Origin: Laceyella sacchari | GTDB taxonomy: Bacteria > Bacillota > Bacilli > Thermoactinomycetales > Thermoactinomycetaceae | NCBI RefSeq assembly: GCF_004343255.1 | Contig: NZ_SMDD01000003.1 | Coordinates: forward strand, 373,038 to 397,037 | Reading direction: 5' to 3' | Length of the DNA: 24,000 bases | Part shown: positions 1-9,239 of the stretch, in pieces | Layout of the letters: each line of letters begins with the position of its first letter | How positions within the stretch are numbered: the first letter of the stretch is position 1 | The notes under the pieces: generated by a model | Seen by the model: only the letters and a program-made list of their open reading frames with translations | Databases searched by the model: none | Told to the model about the DNA's origin: nothing | Translations under genes and position numbers: made by a program

Positions 1-342
1 TTGACGTGGGGCATTGGGATTATTGCGTCTTCCTCCACCAAAAAACATATCAAAAATGTCCCCAAACCCAAAGTCAGCGTCAAATCCGGCACCCGCACCG
101 CCACCGCCGCCGAAACCACCGGTGGGATCAGCATGACCGTAGCGATCGTAATTTGCTTTTTTCTGCGGATCGCTCAATACTTCATATGCTTCTTTCACTT
201 CTTTAAACTTTTGTTCTGCATCCGTATCTTTGTTCACGTCTGGGTGATACTTGCGTGCCAATTTTCGGTAGGCCTTGCGAATCTCATCATCAGAAGCATT
301 GCGGCTAACACCCAGAACTTCATAAAAGTCACGTTTGCTCAC
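1..342 (-). CDS. dnaJ: Molecular chaperone DnaJ, 5' portion (J-domain plus Gly/Phe-rich linker); gene continues beyond window start
   Basis: Not in the ORF track because it has a GTG start and is open-ended. The reverse complement of 1..342 reads [39 protein letters not shown]...[32 protein letters not shown], a canonical J-domain with the HPD motif followed by a G/F region. A GGAGGTG Shine-Dalgarno (complement of 348..354) lies just upstream of the GTG at 342. The gene is directly downstream of dnaK. Confidence 0.9.
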   Translation of the reverse strand, partial: MSKRDFYEVLGVSRNASDDEIRKAYRKLARKYHPDVNKDTDAEQKFKEVKEAYEVLSDPQKKANYDRYGHADPTGGFGGGGGAGAGFDADFGFGDIFDMFFGGGRRNNPNAPRQ

Positions 343-390
343 CGGGTCACCTCCTCTTCTACCTCAACCCATCTAAACTACGATATCCAC

Positions 391-437
391 AAAAAATGGA
401 AAGCCAAGCCAAGGCAGAGCCTCGACATTGACTTTCC
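391..437 (-). terminator. Structured dnaK-dnaJ intergenic hairpin followed by a T-run (possible partial terminator or processing site)
   Basis: On the minus strand, GGAAAG (complement of 432..437) pairs with CTTTCC (complement of 398..403). An inner AGGC-aga-GCCT mini-hairpin is present, and ATTTTTT follows (complement of 391..397). The stem is short, so this call is weak. Confidence 0.35.
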
Positions 438-466
438 AGTCGAGGAGAACTCTTCCCTTCTCCTCT

Positions 467-2302
467 TTATTTCTCTTCGTCTTTCACTTCTTCGTACTCG
501 GCGTCGACGACATTGTCGTCTTTTTTGCTTGCAGAAGCTTGTGCTCCTGTGCCTTGGTTTGCTTCTTGTTGCATTTTTTCATACAGTTTTACAGATAATT
601 GTTGCACAGCTTGCTCCAAGACTTCAATACCTTTTTTGATTTCTTCTTGATTATTGTCTTCAAGAGCTTTTTTCAGGTCATCTTTCGCTTTGTTTGCTTG
701 CTCCAGTTCAGCTGCTCCCACTTTGTCGCCGAGATCTTTGATCGTTTTCTCAGTGGTGAAGATCAGTTGATCCGCTTTGTTGCGAAGCTCGACTGCCTCT
801 TGGCGCTTTTTGTCTTCTTCAGCGTGCAATTCCGCTTCTTTCACCATGCGTTCGATCTCTTCATCGCTCAAACCGCCCGAAGATTGGATCGTGATCGCTT
901 GGCTTTTACCTGTTGCTTTGTCTTTTGCCGAAACGTGCACAATCCCGTTGGCGTCGATTTTGAAGGTCACTTCGATTTGCGGAACACCGCGTGGTGCCGG
1001 CGGAATGTCAGTCAGCTGGAACCGGCCGAGCGGCTTGTTGTCAGCTGCCATTGGACGTTCACCTTGCAGAACGTGAATGTCCACGGAAGTTTGGTTATCA
1101 GCCGCGGTGGAGAAAATTTGCGATTTCTCGGTCGGGATCGTCGTGTTACGCTCGATCAATTTGGTGAATACGCCGCCCAAGGTTTCGATCCCGAGTGACA
1201 GCGGAGTTACGTCCAACAGAACGATGTCTTTCACGTCACCGGACAAGACACCACCTTGGATCGCTGCACCCATCGCTACGACCTCATCCGGGTTTACCCC
1301 TTTGCTCGGCTCTTTACCGATCAGGCGTTTGATCGCTTCTTGCACGGCAGGAATCCGAGTCGATCCACCAACCAGAATCACTCTGTCAATGTCGTTTGGT
1401 GTGAGTCCGGCATCGCTCAATGCTTGACGGGTTGGAACCATGGTACGTTCAATCAGATCAGCGCTCAATTCTTCAAATTTAGCGCGAGTCAATGAAACTT
1501 CCAAGTGTTTCGGACCGGTCGCGTCAGCGGTCAAAAACGGCAGGGAGATGGTTGTGGTCAACACACCGGACAAGTCTTTTTTCGCTTTTTCCGCTGCGTC
1601 TTTCAGGCGTTGCATTGCCATTTTGTCATGGCTGATGTCAATGCCGTTTTCCTTTTTGAACTCTTGTACGAGGTAATCGATGATGACTTGGTCAAAATCG
1701 TCACCACCCAATTGGTTGTCCCCGCTGGTCGACAACACTTCAAACACGCCATCGCCCAGTTCCAGAATCGATACGTCGAAGGTACCGCCACCCAAGTCGA
1801 AGACAAGAATTTTTTGGTCTTCCGTCTTTTCCATACCGTATGCCAACGCCGCTGCTGTCGGCTCGTTGATGATACGCAGTACTTCCAAACCAGCGATCCG
1901 ACCTGCATCTTTGGTCGCCTGACGCTGGCTGTCGTTGAAGTAAGCTGGAACGGTAATGACCGCTTGCGTCACCGGTTCGCCCAGGTAAGCTTCCGCATCA
2001 GCTTTCAGCTTTTGCAAAATCATTGCGGAAATCTCTTGTGGGCTGTATGATTTATCATCAATGTCCACTTTGTGGTTCGTACCGATATAGCGTTTGATAG
2101 AAATGATGGTTTTCTCTGGATTGGTAATAGCTTGGCGCTTGGCGGCTTCCCCTACCAACCGTTCACCCGTTTTGGAAAACCCAACCACTGAAGGGGTGGT
2201 TCGTCCGCCTTCTGCGTTTGGGATGACGACAGCTTCATTGCCGTCCATAAATGCTACACATGAGTTGGTTGTCCCTAAGTCAATTCCAATCACTTTACCC
2301 AT
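467..2302 (-). CDS. dnaK: Molecular chaperone DnaK (Hsp70)
   Basis: 611-aa ORF with Hsp70 signatures: [57 protein letters not shown]. It has an acidic C-terminus and a GGAGG SD upstream. Confidence 0.98.
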   Translation of the reverse strand: MGKVIGIDLGTTNSCVAFMDGNEAVVIPNAEGGRTTPSVVGFSKTGERLVGEAAKRQAITNPEKTIISIKRYIGTNHKVDIDDKSYSPQEISAMILQKLKADAEAYLGEPVTQAVITVPAYFNDSQRQATKDAGRIAGLEVLRIINEPTAAALAYGMEKTEDQKILVFDLGGGTFDVSILELGDGVFEVLSTSGDNQLGGDDFDQVIIDYLVQEFKKENGIDISHDKMAMQRLKDAAEKAKKDLSGVLTTTISLPFLTADATGPKHLEVSLTRAKFEELSADLIERTMVPTRQALSDAGLTPNDIDRVILVGGSTRIPAVQEAIKRLIGKEPSKGVNPDEVVAMGAAIQGGVLSGDVKDIVLLDVTPLSLGIETLGGVFTKLIERNTTIPTEKSQIFSTAADNQTSVDIHVLQGERPMAADNKPLGRFQLTDIPPAPRGVPQIEVTFKIDANGIVHVSAKDKATGKSQAITIQSSGGLSDEEIERMVKEAELHAEEDKKRQEAVELRNKADQLIFTTEKTIKDLGDKVGAAELEQANKAKDDLKKALEDNNQEEIKKGIEVLEQAVQQLSVKLYEKMQQEANQGTGAQASASKKDDNVVDAEYEEVKDEEK

Positions 2303-2345
2303 TGACTGTTAACCTCCTACTTCAACCTTTGCGTAAGTAGTATTT

Positions 2346-2945
2346 TTATTGGCTCACTTTAACCATTGACGGGCGGATCACACGGTCTTTATAACGGTAA
2401 CCCGCTTGCAGCTCCTCTACAATCATACCCGGCGCCAAATGCTCCGCCTCGACTTGCATGACCGCGTTATGTTCATGCGGGTTGAATGGCTTTCCTTCAG
2501 TTTCGATCATCGTCAAACCGGCTTCGGACAGAACATTTAAGAATTGACGATATACCATCTCAATTCCTTCTTGCAACATTTTCGCGTCTTTACTTTGATC
2601 GGCCGCATCCAAGGCGCGTTCAAAGTTGTCAAGTACAGGCAAGATACTTTCCAAGAAAGGAACCACCGCGTATTTCACGGCATCTTCCTTATCCTTGCGG
2701 GCGCGGCGGCGGAAATTCTCCAAGTCGGCGAGAGCGCGCAGATAAAGCTCACGGTGTTGTTCCGCTTGGCTTTTCCATTTCTCCGCCAGCAACTTGGCCT
2801 CTTCCAGCTCTTGCTCAAGGGATTTTTCGGGCGAGGATGCCTCGGCGCCGGTATGTATACTTTCCTGCTCCTCGAATGGACCTTCATTCGAGGGTTCCTG
2901 GCTTCCAGTTGGATGCTGAAGCTCTTCATTTTCATGCTTCATCAT
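2346..2945 (-). CDS. grpE: Nucleotide exchange factor GrpE
   Basis: 199-aa ORF with an acidic N-terminus and a coiled-coil. The GrpE core reads YLRALADLENFRRRARKDKED ... GKPFNPHEHNAVMQVE ... GYRYKDRVIRPSMVKV. It lies immediately upstream of dnaK. Confidence 0.95.
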   Translation of the reverse strand: MMKHENEELQHPTGSQEPSNEGPFEEQESIHTGAEASSPEKSLEQELEEAKLLAEKWKSQAEQHRELYLRALADLENFRRRARKDKEDAVKYAVVPFLESILPVLDNFERALDAADQSKDAKMLQEGIEMVYRQFLNVLSEAGLTMIETEGKPFNPHEHNAVMQVEAEHLAPGMIVEELQAGYRYKDRVIRPSMVKVSQ

Positions 2946-2962
2946 TGACAGGTCCTCCTATG

Positions 2963-4501
2963 TTAGAAAACAGGGTCTTCTTTCATTTGCACGATCGTGT
3001 GGATGCGCAAAATCGCAACAGCCACTTCGCCAGCCGTTTTAAGCGCATGCGCTTTGACCGGAAGAGGGTCGACTACCCCCATCTCAATCATATCCGCAAC
3101 GATCCCCCGATCGCAATCGATTCCCAAGGAATCAGACTGGCGTTTCAATTGCAACGCTTTGACTGCCTCGATTTTTTCCAAGGGGTTAAACCCAGCGTTG
3201 GCGACGACCTGGCTCATCGGGCGTTGCAACGCTTCGGACACCGCCGACACGCCAAACCGTTCCATCCCCTGCACTGTGTTACGGAAATGCTCAACATCCC
3301 GGGCAATCGCCAATTCCACGGCACCGCCGCCCGGGACAAATCCACCATGAATGGCCGCTTGCACCGCAGAAGCTGCATCTTTGCAAATCCGTTCGCGTTC
3401 TTCGACCACTTCATCTGTCGCTGCTCCGACCAATATCGTGGCGAACGGAGTACCTTGTCCGCCGCTGATACGGATTCTGGACAGCGCTTCATCATCTTCC
3501 ACTTCAGTGCATAGACCGAGCAGGGCTTCAATCTCCTCCGGACTTTTCTTCAGACCGCTCCGTTTGATTTGGCGTGCTCCAGTATATTCAGACACTTTGT
3601 TCAGCTCTTCTTTCGCCACCTCGGCCGCCACGATCACTCCCGCGTCTGCAAGAACTTCTTCCGCATGGGGATCGACGGCCCCTTCCGTAACGATAAGGCC
3701 TACATTTAAATGAATCAAGTGCTCCAGCATGACATAAAATTCTTCCCGCAGGCGTTCCTTGCGGCTGAACGCTTCATCCGTCCGCACATCGTCAGAGAAT
3801 GCCTCCGGCTCCAATGCGTCGGCCAGCACCAACACCCGCGCGTTTTGCCGTGTCCGCGGCATCTGGGAATTCATCCGCGGTTTGCTGACAACGATCCCAG
3901 CGAACACCTTACTTTCGATGCGTGGATGGGCAACCACGCAACTGGATAGTTTAAATCCTTTTTCCAACAACTTCTCGCGCCCCATCAAATGCGCCGCTTC
4001 CATGACGGCCAAAGTGATGTCCTCATTTTCGCGGCTAGCGGTGAACGCGATCCGTTGCAACCATTCGTCATCCATCTCATAAATCATGCGGGCCCGTTCC
4101 TGCATCTTAATCAGGGCGAAGCGGGTTCCGCGCTGAATCCCGGTAATCACTTTAGTCACAGGGACGCCCCGCAATACCTGCTTCAGCCCTTCATCAACAA
4201 GCGCGGACGCAAGCAGGGTGGCGGTTGTCGTTCCGTCACCCACTTCGGCCTGTTGCGCTTTGGCCACATTGACGATCATTTTGGCTGCTGGATGATTAAT
4301 CGCCATCCGATCTAAGATGGTCACCCCGTCATTGGTCACAACCACTTCATTTTTGGAATTGACAAGCATCGTGTCAAGACCTTTGGGGCCCAGCGTGGGC
4401 GCAACCGCTTGCGAGACAGATTTTACAGCTTGGGCATTAGCTTGAAGCGCTGACAGGAACGGTTTTTCTTCGTCTTGGTGTAAGTGGACTTTATCCGGCA
4501 C
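2963..4501 (-). CDS. Group II-like chaperonin (thermosome/TCP-1/Cpn60 family; bacterial 'group III' type)
   Basis: The maximal ORF is 2963..4522. The likely start is the GTG at 4501, preceded by AAGGAGA with 6-nt spacing. The protein carries TCP-1-family signatures: APTLGPKGLDTMLV, VTNDGVTILDRMAINHPAAKM, and AQQAEVGDGTTTATLLASAL (GDGTTT nucleotide-binding motif). Near the C-terminus it has VPGGGAVE. It is flanked by hrcA (65-nt gap) and grpE (17-nt gap) on the same strand. Confidence 0.85.
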   Translation of the reverse strand: MPDKVHLHQDEEKPFLSALQANAQAVKSVSQAVAPTLGPKGLDTMLVNSKNEVVVTNDGVTILDRMAINHPAAKMIVNVAKAQQAEVGDGTTTATLLASALVDEGLKQVLRGVPVTKVITGIQRGTRFALIKMQERARMIYEMDDEWLQRIAFTASRENEDITLAVMEAAHLMGREKLLEKGFKLSSCVVAHPRIESKVFAGIVVSKPRMNSQMPRTRQNARVLVLADALEPEAFSDDVRTDEAFSRKERLREEFYVMLEHLIHLNVGLIVTEGAVDPHAEEVLADAGVIVAAEVAKEELNKVSEYTGARQIKRSGLKKSPEEIEALLGLCTEVEDDEALSRIRISGGQGTPFATILVGAATDEVVEERERICKDAASAVQAAIHGGFVPGGGAVELAIARDVEHFRNTVQGMERFGVSAVSEALQRPMSQVVANAGFNPLEKIEAVKALQLKRQSDSLGIDCDRGIVADMIEMGVVDPLPVKAHALKTAGEVAVAILRIHTIVQMKEDPVF

Positions 4502-4587
4502 CGGATTTCTCCTTCCTTTCACTTTGGCGCAGGGGGCGTCACTTTTGGCAACCCCTTATACGCGTGATGCATCCTAATATGCTTAGT

Positions 4588-5619
4588 TTATTCTTTTTCA
4601 TAGAGCGTGCTCAACCGTCTGGAGAAATCTTTTGCCAAAAAATCAAGAATTCCAATGACGCGCCCGTAATCCATCCGAGTCGGGCCGAGCACCCCGATGG
4701 TTCCAACCGGTTTGCCGTTTATCATATAAGAAGCGGAGATAACGCTACAATCTTGCACAGCTTTCAAATCATTCTCATAACCAATTCGCACTTGCACCCC
4801 GTCCGTCTTATGCTTCAACAGTTGAACTAACCCATCGTTGGCTTCCACGAGATCCAAGATCGACTTCATTTTATCCACATCGCGAAACTCTGGCTGTTCC
4901 AAGATGCGCGTCGTCCCGCTCGTGTAAACCCGGTCTTCCTGTTCCGTGTGCAATAGTTGATTGGTGAGGTCAGACAACTTCTCAAAGTGATCGACATGCC
5001 GTTGCAATTCATCCGTCAACTCTTGCGCCACGATCTGATCCAAACGAGAGATCAAGGCACCGCTTAAGCGGTGATTCAGGAGATTAACCAACTTCTCCAG
5101 CGTCGACCATGGAATGTCCTCTGGCAACAAGAGCCGTTGTTGATACACATGGCCCGTATCAGTCACCAAGATGGACACCGCCAGCCTGTCGTACAGTGGT
5201 ATGATGTGCAGGTGCTTAAGCCGACTCTCTGACAAGTTGGGGCCCAGGATAAATGTCATGCAATTGGTCAAGTAAGCGAGAATGGAATTCATGTGCTTAA
5301 TGGCTTGCTCCACATGATCCACTTTATAAGCATAAAAATCATGCAATGCCATCAGATCATCTTTCGACCACATATATGGTTTCAACAGATGATCGACATA
5401 GAAACGATACCCTTTCTGCGAAGGTATGCGACCGGCAGATGTATGTGGTTGCTCCAAAAAACCCATCTCTTCCAAATCGGCCATCTCATTGCGGATGGTC
5501 GCCGCACTCACATTGACCCCTTTCTTTTTGGAAACGGTACGTGAGCCGACAGGTTCTGCTGAGATAATGTAATCATCAATAATAGCCCAGAGAATCCGTT
5601 TTTGGCGCTCGGATAACAT
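4588..5619 (-). CDS. hrcA: Heat-inducible transcription repressor HrcA
   Basis: 343-aa ORF beginning MLSERQKRILWAIIDDYIISAEPVGSRTVSKK...SAATIRNEMADLEEMGFLEQPHTSAGRIPSQKGYRFYVDHL, a typical HrcA winged-helix N-terminus. A GGGAGG SD and a CIRCE operator lie upstream. Confidence 0.95.
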   Translation of the reverse strand: MLSERQKRILWAIIDDYIISAEPVGSRTVSKKKGVNVSAATIRNEMADLEEMGFLEQPHTSAGRIPSQKGYRFYVDHLLKPYMWSKDDLMALHDFYAYKVDHVEQAIKHMNSILAYLTNCMTFILGPNLSESRLKHLHIIPLYDRLAVSILVTDTGHVYQQRLLLPEDIPWSTLEKLVNLLNHRLSGALISRLDQIVAQELTDELQRHVDHFEKLSDLTNQLLHTEQEDRVYTSGTTRILEQPEFRDVDKMKSILDLVEANDGLVQLLKHKTDGVQVRIGYENDLKAVQDCSVISASYMINGKPVGTIGVLGPTRMDYGRVIGILDFLAKDFSRRLSTLYEKE

Positions 5620-5635
5620 CTGCCTCCCCCCTTTG

Positions 5636-5662
5636 TTAGCACTCCTTATGGTCGAGTGCTAA
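5636..5662 (-). promoter_or_regulatory. CIRCE operator (HrcA binding site), perfect inverted repeat
   Basis: The sequence TTAGCACTC-cttatggtc-GAGTGCTAA is an exact match to the CIRCE consensus TTAGCACTC-N9-GAGTGCTAA. It lies 17 nt upstream of the hrcA start. Confidence 0.92.
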
Positions 5663-5674
5663 AATACTAATTTT

Positions 5675-5703
5675 AAATTACCAAAGGGGCGAAATGATGT
5701 CAA
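5675..5703 (-). promoter_or_regulatory. Candidate sigmaA promoter of the hrcA-cpn-grpE-dnaK-dnaJ operon
   Basis: The minus strand has TTGACA (complement of 5698..5703), a 17-nt spacer, then TAATTT (complement of 5675..5680). This sits immediately upstream of CIRCE, the usual arrangement for class I heat-shock operons. Confidence 0.5.
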
Positions 5704-5712
5704 TCTATCCGT

Positions 5713-6864
5713 TTATAATTCAATCCCACCAATGAAGTCGACAAACACTTCATTGCCAAAAATCAATCCTTTTTCCGTTAAACGGTAGCGATCTCCGCTC
5801 CGCTCAAGCAATCCTTTGTTCATCAGTGGTGTCAGAACCTGGCCAAATGCTCGCTCCAACTCCATCCCGTACAAGCGCGCAAACTTCTCCCGGCTCACTC
5901 CTTCCATCAACCGTAAGCCCAAGATCATGAAATTCTCCATCTCTTCCTCGCGAGTCACTTGATAACTCTCTTGGATGGGAAGTTGGTTGTCCTGCAACCG
6001 TTGAATATATTCTTTGACACCTTTGATATTGGCGTGGCGCCGTTTAAGCACATAGCCGTGCGCGCCTGTTCCCAGGCCGTAATACTCTTCATTCAGCCAA
6101 TAAGTCCGATTGTGGCGGCTTTCATAGCCTGGTTTGGCAAAGTTGCTCACTTCATACTGCGCATACCCTTGTTCGGCCAAATAGGAGCGGGTCAATTGGT
6201 ACATGGCCAACTCCGCATCCTCCGATGGCAACGGCAGCTCTTTGCGCTCTTGTAAATGATGGAACAATGTCCCTTCTTCCACTTTTAAGCTGTAGCAAGA
6301 AAAGTGTTCTGGCGCCAATGCGACCGCTTCTTTGAGTGTTGTTTCCATGTCATCGACGGTCTGCGTTGGCAAACCAAACATCAAATCGAGCGACAGATTA
6401 TTATAGCCGGCCTGCCGTGCCAACTCCACGCCGCGTTTAATCTCTTCCACCCCATGGACCCGGCCGATTCGTTCCAGCAAATCCGGACGGAACGTTTGCG
6501 CACCAAAGCTGATCCGGTTAATCCCGCCTTCTCTCATCACCCGAAGCAATTCAGGGCTGGTTGTTCCCGGATTGGCTTCAATGGTAAATTCGATGTTTTC
6601 ATCCCAGTTGGGAAAATGGCGCCGGACACTTGCCAAAAGGCGCTCCATCTGTTTGGGCGTCAACACCGTTGGCGTCCCTCCGCCGATGAAGATGGACCGG
6701 ATAATTCCCGGAGGGGTGTTGGCCACTGTCAGGGCCATCTCTTTATCCAGTGCGGACACATAATCGTCCACAGGTTGTCCTCCCACAGCATAGGCTGTGA
6801 AATCGCAGTAATGGCACTTGTGCGTGCAAAACGGGACATGTATATAGACGGCTTGGGGAGCCAT
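5713..6864 (-). CDS. hemW: Radical SAM heme chaperone HemW (coproporphyrinogen III oxidase-like, HemN/YqeR family)
   Basis: 383-aa ORF with the radical-SAM motif CTHKCHYCDF near the N-terminus (VYIHVPFCTHKCHYCDF) and FIGGGTP. Its position between lepA and hrcA matches B. subtilis. An AAGGAGG SD is present. Confidence 0.9.
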   Translation of the reverse strand: MAPQAVYIHVPFCTHKCHYCDFTAYAVGGQPVDDYVSALDKEMALTVANTPPGIIRSIFIGGGTPTVLTPKQMERLLASVRRHFPNWDENIEFTIEANPGTTSPELLRVMREGGINRISFGAQTFRPDLLERIGRVHGVEEIKRGVELARQAGYNNLSLDLMFGLPTQTVDDMETTLKEAVALAPEHFSCYSLKVEEGTLFHHLQERKELPLPSEDAELAMYQLTRSYLAEQGYAQYEVSNFAKPGYESRHNRTYWLNEEYYGLGTGAHGYVLKRRHANIKGVKEYIQRLQDNQLPIQESYQVTREEEMENFMILGLRLMEGVSREKFARLYGMELERAFGQVLTPLMNKGLLERSGDRYRLTEKGLIFGNEVFVDFIGGIEL

Positions 6865-6895
6865 AAAGTTTCTCCTCCTTATTGAAATGATTGCT

Positions 6896-6935
6896 CAAAA
6901 AAGCCGCAAGCGGACTCATTTCCCGCCTGCGGCTT
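6896..6935 (-). terminator. Rho-independent terminator downstream of lepA
   Basis: The minus strand reads AAGCCGCAGGCGG-aaatgagt-CCGCTTGCGGCTT, a 13-bp stem with 1 mismatch, followed by TTTTT. It begins 5 nt after the lepA stop and ends about 30 nt before the hemW start. Confidence 0.6.
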
Positions 6936-6939
6936 ACCC

Positions 6940-8757
6940 TCACTTGTTGTCATCGATCTTGAGAACCGCCATGAACGCTTCTTGTGGGACTTCCACACTT
7001 CCCACCGCTTTCATGCGCTTCTTCCCTTCCTTCTGCTTCTCCAGCAGTTTCCGTTTTCGGCTGATGTCCCCACCGTAACATTTGGCCAACACGTTTTTGC
7101 GCATCGCGCTGATCGTCTCCCTGGCGATGACTTTGTTGCCAATCGCCGCTTGGATCGGCACTTCAAACATCTGGCGTGGAATCAGTTTGCGCAACTTCTC
7201 GGTCAGCGCACGTCCGCGTTGGTATGCGCGATCACGATGGACGATGAAAGACAGCGCATCCACCACTTCTCCATTTAAGAGAATATCCATCTTCACCAAA
7301 TTGGAAGCCTTATAACCGATCAATTCATAATCGAAGGAGGCATATCCCTTGGTGCTTGATTTCAATTGATCGAAGAAGTCGTAGACGATTTCAGCCAACG
7401 GCAATTCATAGGTTAGCGTCACCCGGTTGGTATCAAGATAATTCATGTCGAGGTAGTTGCCACGCTTGTTCTGGCAAATCTCCATCACCGTGCCGACATA
7501 ATCGTTAGGCACCATGATCGATGCTTTCACATAAGGCTCTTCAACGCGATCGATCTTCTGCATTTCCGGCATCAGGGTCGGGTTCTCAATCTCCAGCACC
7601 TTGCCGTCCGTTTGATATACTTTGTACACTACGCTCGGCGCAGTCGTAATCAATGGAATGCCGAACTCCCGCTCGATCCGCTCCTGGATGATCTCCATGT
7701 GCAACAGCCCCAAAAATCCGCAACGGAAACCAAAGCCGAGCGCTGTTGACGTCTCTGGTTCATAGGTGAGTGAAGCATCGTTTAGTTCCAGCTTTTCTAA
7801 CGCCTCCCGCAGATCATCGTACGCTGAGGACTCCACTGGATACAGCCCGCAAAATACCATCGGATTGATCCGCCGGTATCCGGGCAAAGGCTCATCGGCA
7901 GGATTGTTGGCATCTGTAATCGTATCGCCGACACGGGTGTCGCGTACGTTTTTGATGTTAGCCACCACAAAGCCAACCTCGCCCGCCGATAACTCGTTCA
8001 TGATCACCGGATGAGGAGCAAACGCGCCCACTTCGGTGATGTCGTATTCCTTTTCCGTGGCCATCATCCGCATGCGCATACCTTTTTTGATCGTACCGTC
8101 CACCACCCGCATGTAGATGATAACTCCTTTGTAGGGATCGTAAACGGAGTCAAAAATCAGGGCTCTGAGCGGAGCATCTGGATCGCCTTCTGGCGCGGGC
8201 ACCTTTTCCACCACCTGCTCCAAAATCTCCTCAATCCCGATCCCCGCTTTGGCCGAAGCGAGCACTGCATCGCTGGCATCAAGACCGATGACGTCTTCCA
8301 CTTCTTTCTTCACCCGTTCGGGGTCTGCGCTGGGCAGGTCGATTTTATTAATGACGGGAATGATCTCCAGATCGTTCTCCAACGCCAGGTAAACGTTGGC
8401 CAGCGTTTGCGCTTCCACGCCTTGGGATGCGTCCACCACCAAGAGCGCTCCTTCGCACGCCTGCAAACTGCGGGACACTTCATACGTGAAGTCCACGTGC
8501 CCCGGTGTGTCAATCAGGTTCAAAATGTATTCTTTCCCGTCTTTGGCCTTATACGGCAGGCGCACGGATTGCAATTTGATGGTGATGCCGCGTTCTCGTT
8601 CCAAATCCATTTTGTCCAAGAACTGATCTTGCATTTCCCGCTCGCTAAGTGCTCCGGTCTTCTCAAGGATCCGGTCGGCCAAGGTGGACTTGCCATGGTC
8701 GATATGTGCGATAATCGAAAAATTGCGGATGATTGCTTGTCGTTCTCTCTTATCCAT
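6940..8757 (-). CDS. lepA: Translation elongation factor 4 (LepA/EF4)
   Basis: 605-aa ORF with a GTPase N-terminus: [33 protein letters not shown]. The LepA-specific C-terminal region reads [55 protein letters not shown]. Confidence 0.97.
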   Translation of the reverse strand: MDKRERQAIIRNFSIIAHIDHGKSTLADRILEKTGALSEREMQDQFLDKMDLERERGITIKLQSVRLPYKAKDGKEYILNLIDTPGHVDFTYEVSRSLQACEGALLVVDASQGVEAQTLANVYLALENDLEIIPVINKIDLPSADPERVKKEVEDVIGLDASDAVLASAKAGIGIEEILEQVVEKVPAPEGDPDAPLRALIFDSVYDPYKGVIIYMRVVDGTIKKGMRMRMMATEKEYDITEVGAFAPHPVIMNELSAGEVGFVVANIKNVRDTRVGDTITDANNPADEPLPGYRRINPMVFCGLYPVESSAYDDLREALEKLELNDASLTYEPETSTALGFGFRCGFLGLLHMEIIQERIEREFGIPLITTAPSVVYKVYQTDGKVLEIENPTLMPEMQKIDRVEEPYVKASIMVPNDYVGTVMEICQNKRGNYLDMNYLDTNRVTLTYELPLAEIVYDFFDQLKSSTKGYASFDYELIGYKASNLVKMDILLNGEVVDALSFIVHRDRAYQRGRALTEKLRKLIPRQMFEVPIQAAIGNKVIARETISAMRKNVLAKCYGGDISRKRKLLEKQKEGKKRMKAVGSVEVPQEAFMAVLKIDDNK

Positions 8758-8871
8758 TCCCGTTCATTTCCCTCCTGCGTGCATAGCAAGACTGCATTGC
8801 TTAATTATAACAATCTGCCCCCCGCTCTTCAATGCATTTCCTGTTCACCTACCAGTTAACCATAAACGGGC

Positions 8872-8897
8872 AAAAAAAATAAGGCTGTCACTCAGCC
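8872..8897 (-). terminator. Weak candidate terminator after the yqxA-like ORF
   Basis: The minus strand reads GGCTG-agtga-CAGCC followed by TTATTTTTTTT. The stem is only 5 bp and overlaps the stop codon. Confidence 0.3.
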
Positions 8898-9238
8898 CAA
8901 CGAAACATCCACGCAGCCAATTCGCGTGTAAATTGCCTGATCCCCGCGCCTACTTCATTGCCCATGGCCGCCATAAGATTGGTGCCCTGCCGCACCTGCG
9001 CAACGACTTTCTCCTGAGTGGCCACCGATGCGGGGTGTTCGGTCTCTACTGTTTGCCCCAAAACAGCGATTTCAATCCGTCCCTGCGCTGTTGGGGTAAT
9101 CTGTATCGCACGCGGCGCTCCCTCCGTCCCTTGCATCGCCTGCATATTTTTTTCCGCATGGCTAATGCCGATACCGATGCCAACCATAAGCATGATGATG
9201 AGACAACAACATTGCAGCATGACGCGCACTTCACTCAC
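8888..9238 (-). CDS. yqxA: Small membrane-anchored protein, YqxA-like (DUF3679-type) by position
   Basis: ~110-aa ORF with one N-terminal hydrophobic segment (CCCLIIMLMVGIGIGI). It lies between spoIIP and lepA, exactly where yqxA sits in B. subtilis. The start is ambiguous: GTG at 9238, GTG at 9229 with a GAGGTG SD, or ATG at 9220. The assignment rests mainly on synteny. Confidence 0.5.
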   Translation of the reverse strand: MSEVRVMLQCCCLIIMLMVGIGIGISHAEKNMQAMQGTEGAPRAIQITPTAQGRIEIAVLGQTVETEHPASVATQEKVVAQVRQGTNLMAAMGNEVGAGIRQFTRELAAWMFRWAE

Positions 9239-9239
9239 C

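Noticed and set aside
1-2312. Plus-strand ORFs 1..639, 599..1198, 1505..2050 and others
   Set aside because: All are antisense shadows of dnaJ and dnaK. The real dnaJ 5' end (GTG start, open-ended) is on the minus strand and is missing from the track.
2486-3514. 342-aa plus-strand ORF, with companions at 2544..2948 and 2997..3350
   Set aside because: It is entirely antisense to the well-supported grpE and chaperonin genes. The translation is Arg/Pro/His-rich and low-complexity, typical of the antisense frame of moderately GC-rich coding DNA. It has no SD and no recognisable motif.
6304-6885. 193-aa plus-strand ORF
   Set aside because: It is antisense to hemW and has no independent support.
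6865-6939. The strong hairpin between lepA and hemW as a riboswitch or attenuator
   Set aside because: It is a simple 13-bp stem plus T-run with no alternative antiterminator structure that I could see. It is best explained as the lepA terminator, with hemW expressed by partial read-through or an upstream internal promoter.
8011-8859. 282-aa plus-strand ORF
   Set aside because: It is antisense to lepA, whose product is unmistakable. No SD or motifs are present. It is a shadow ORF.
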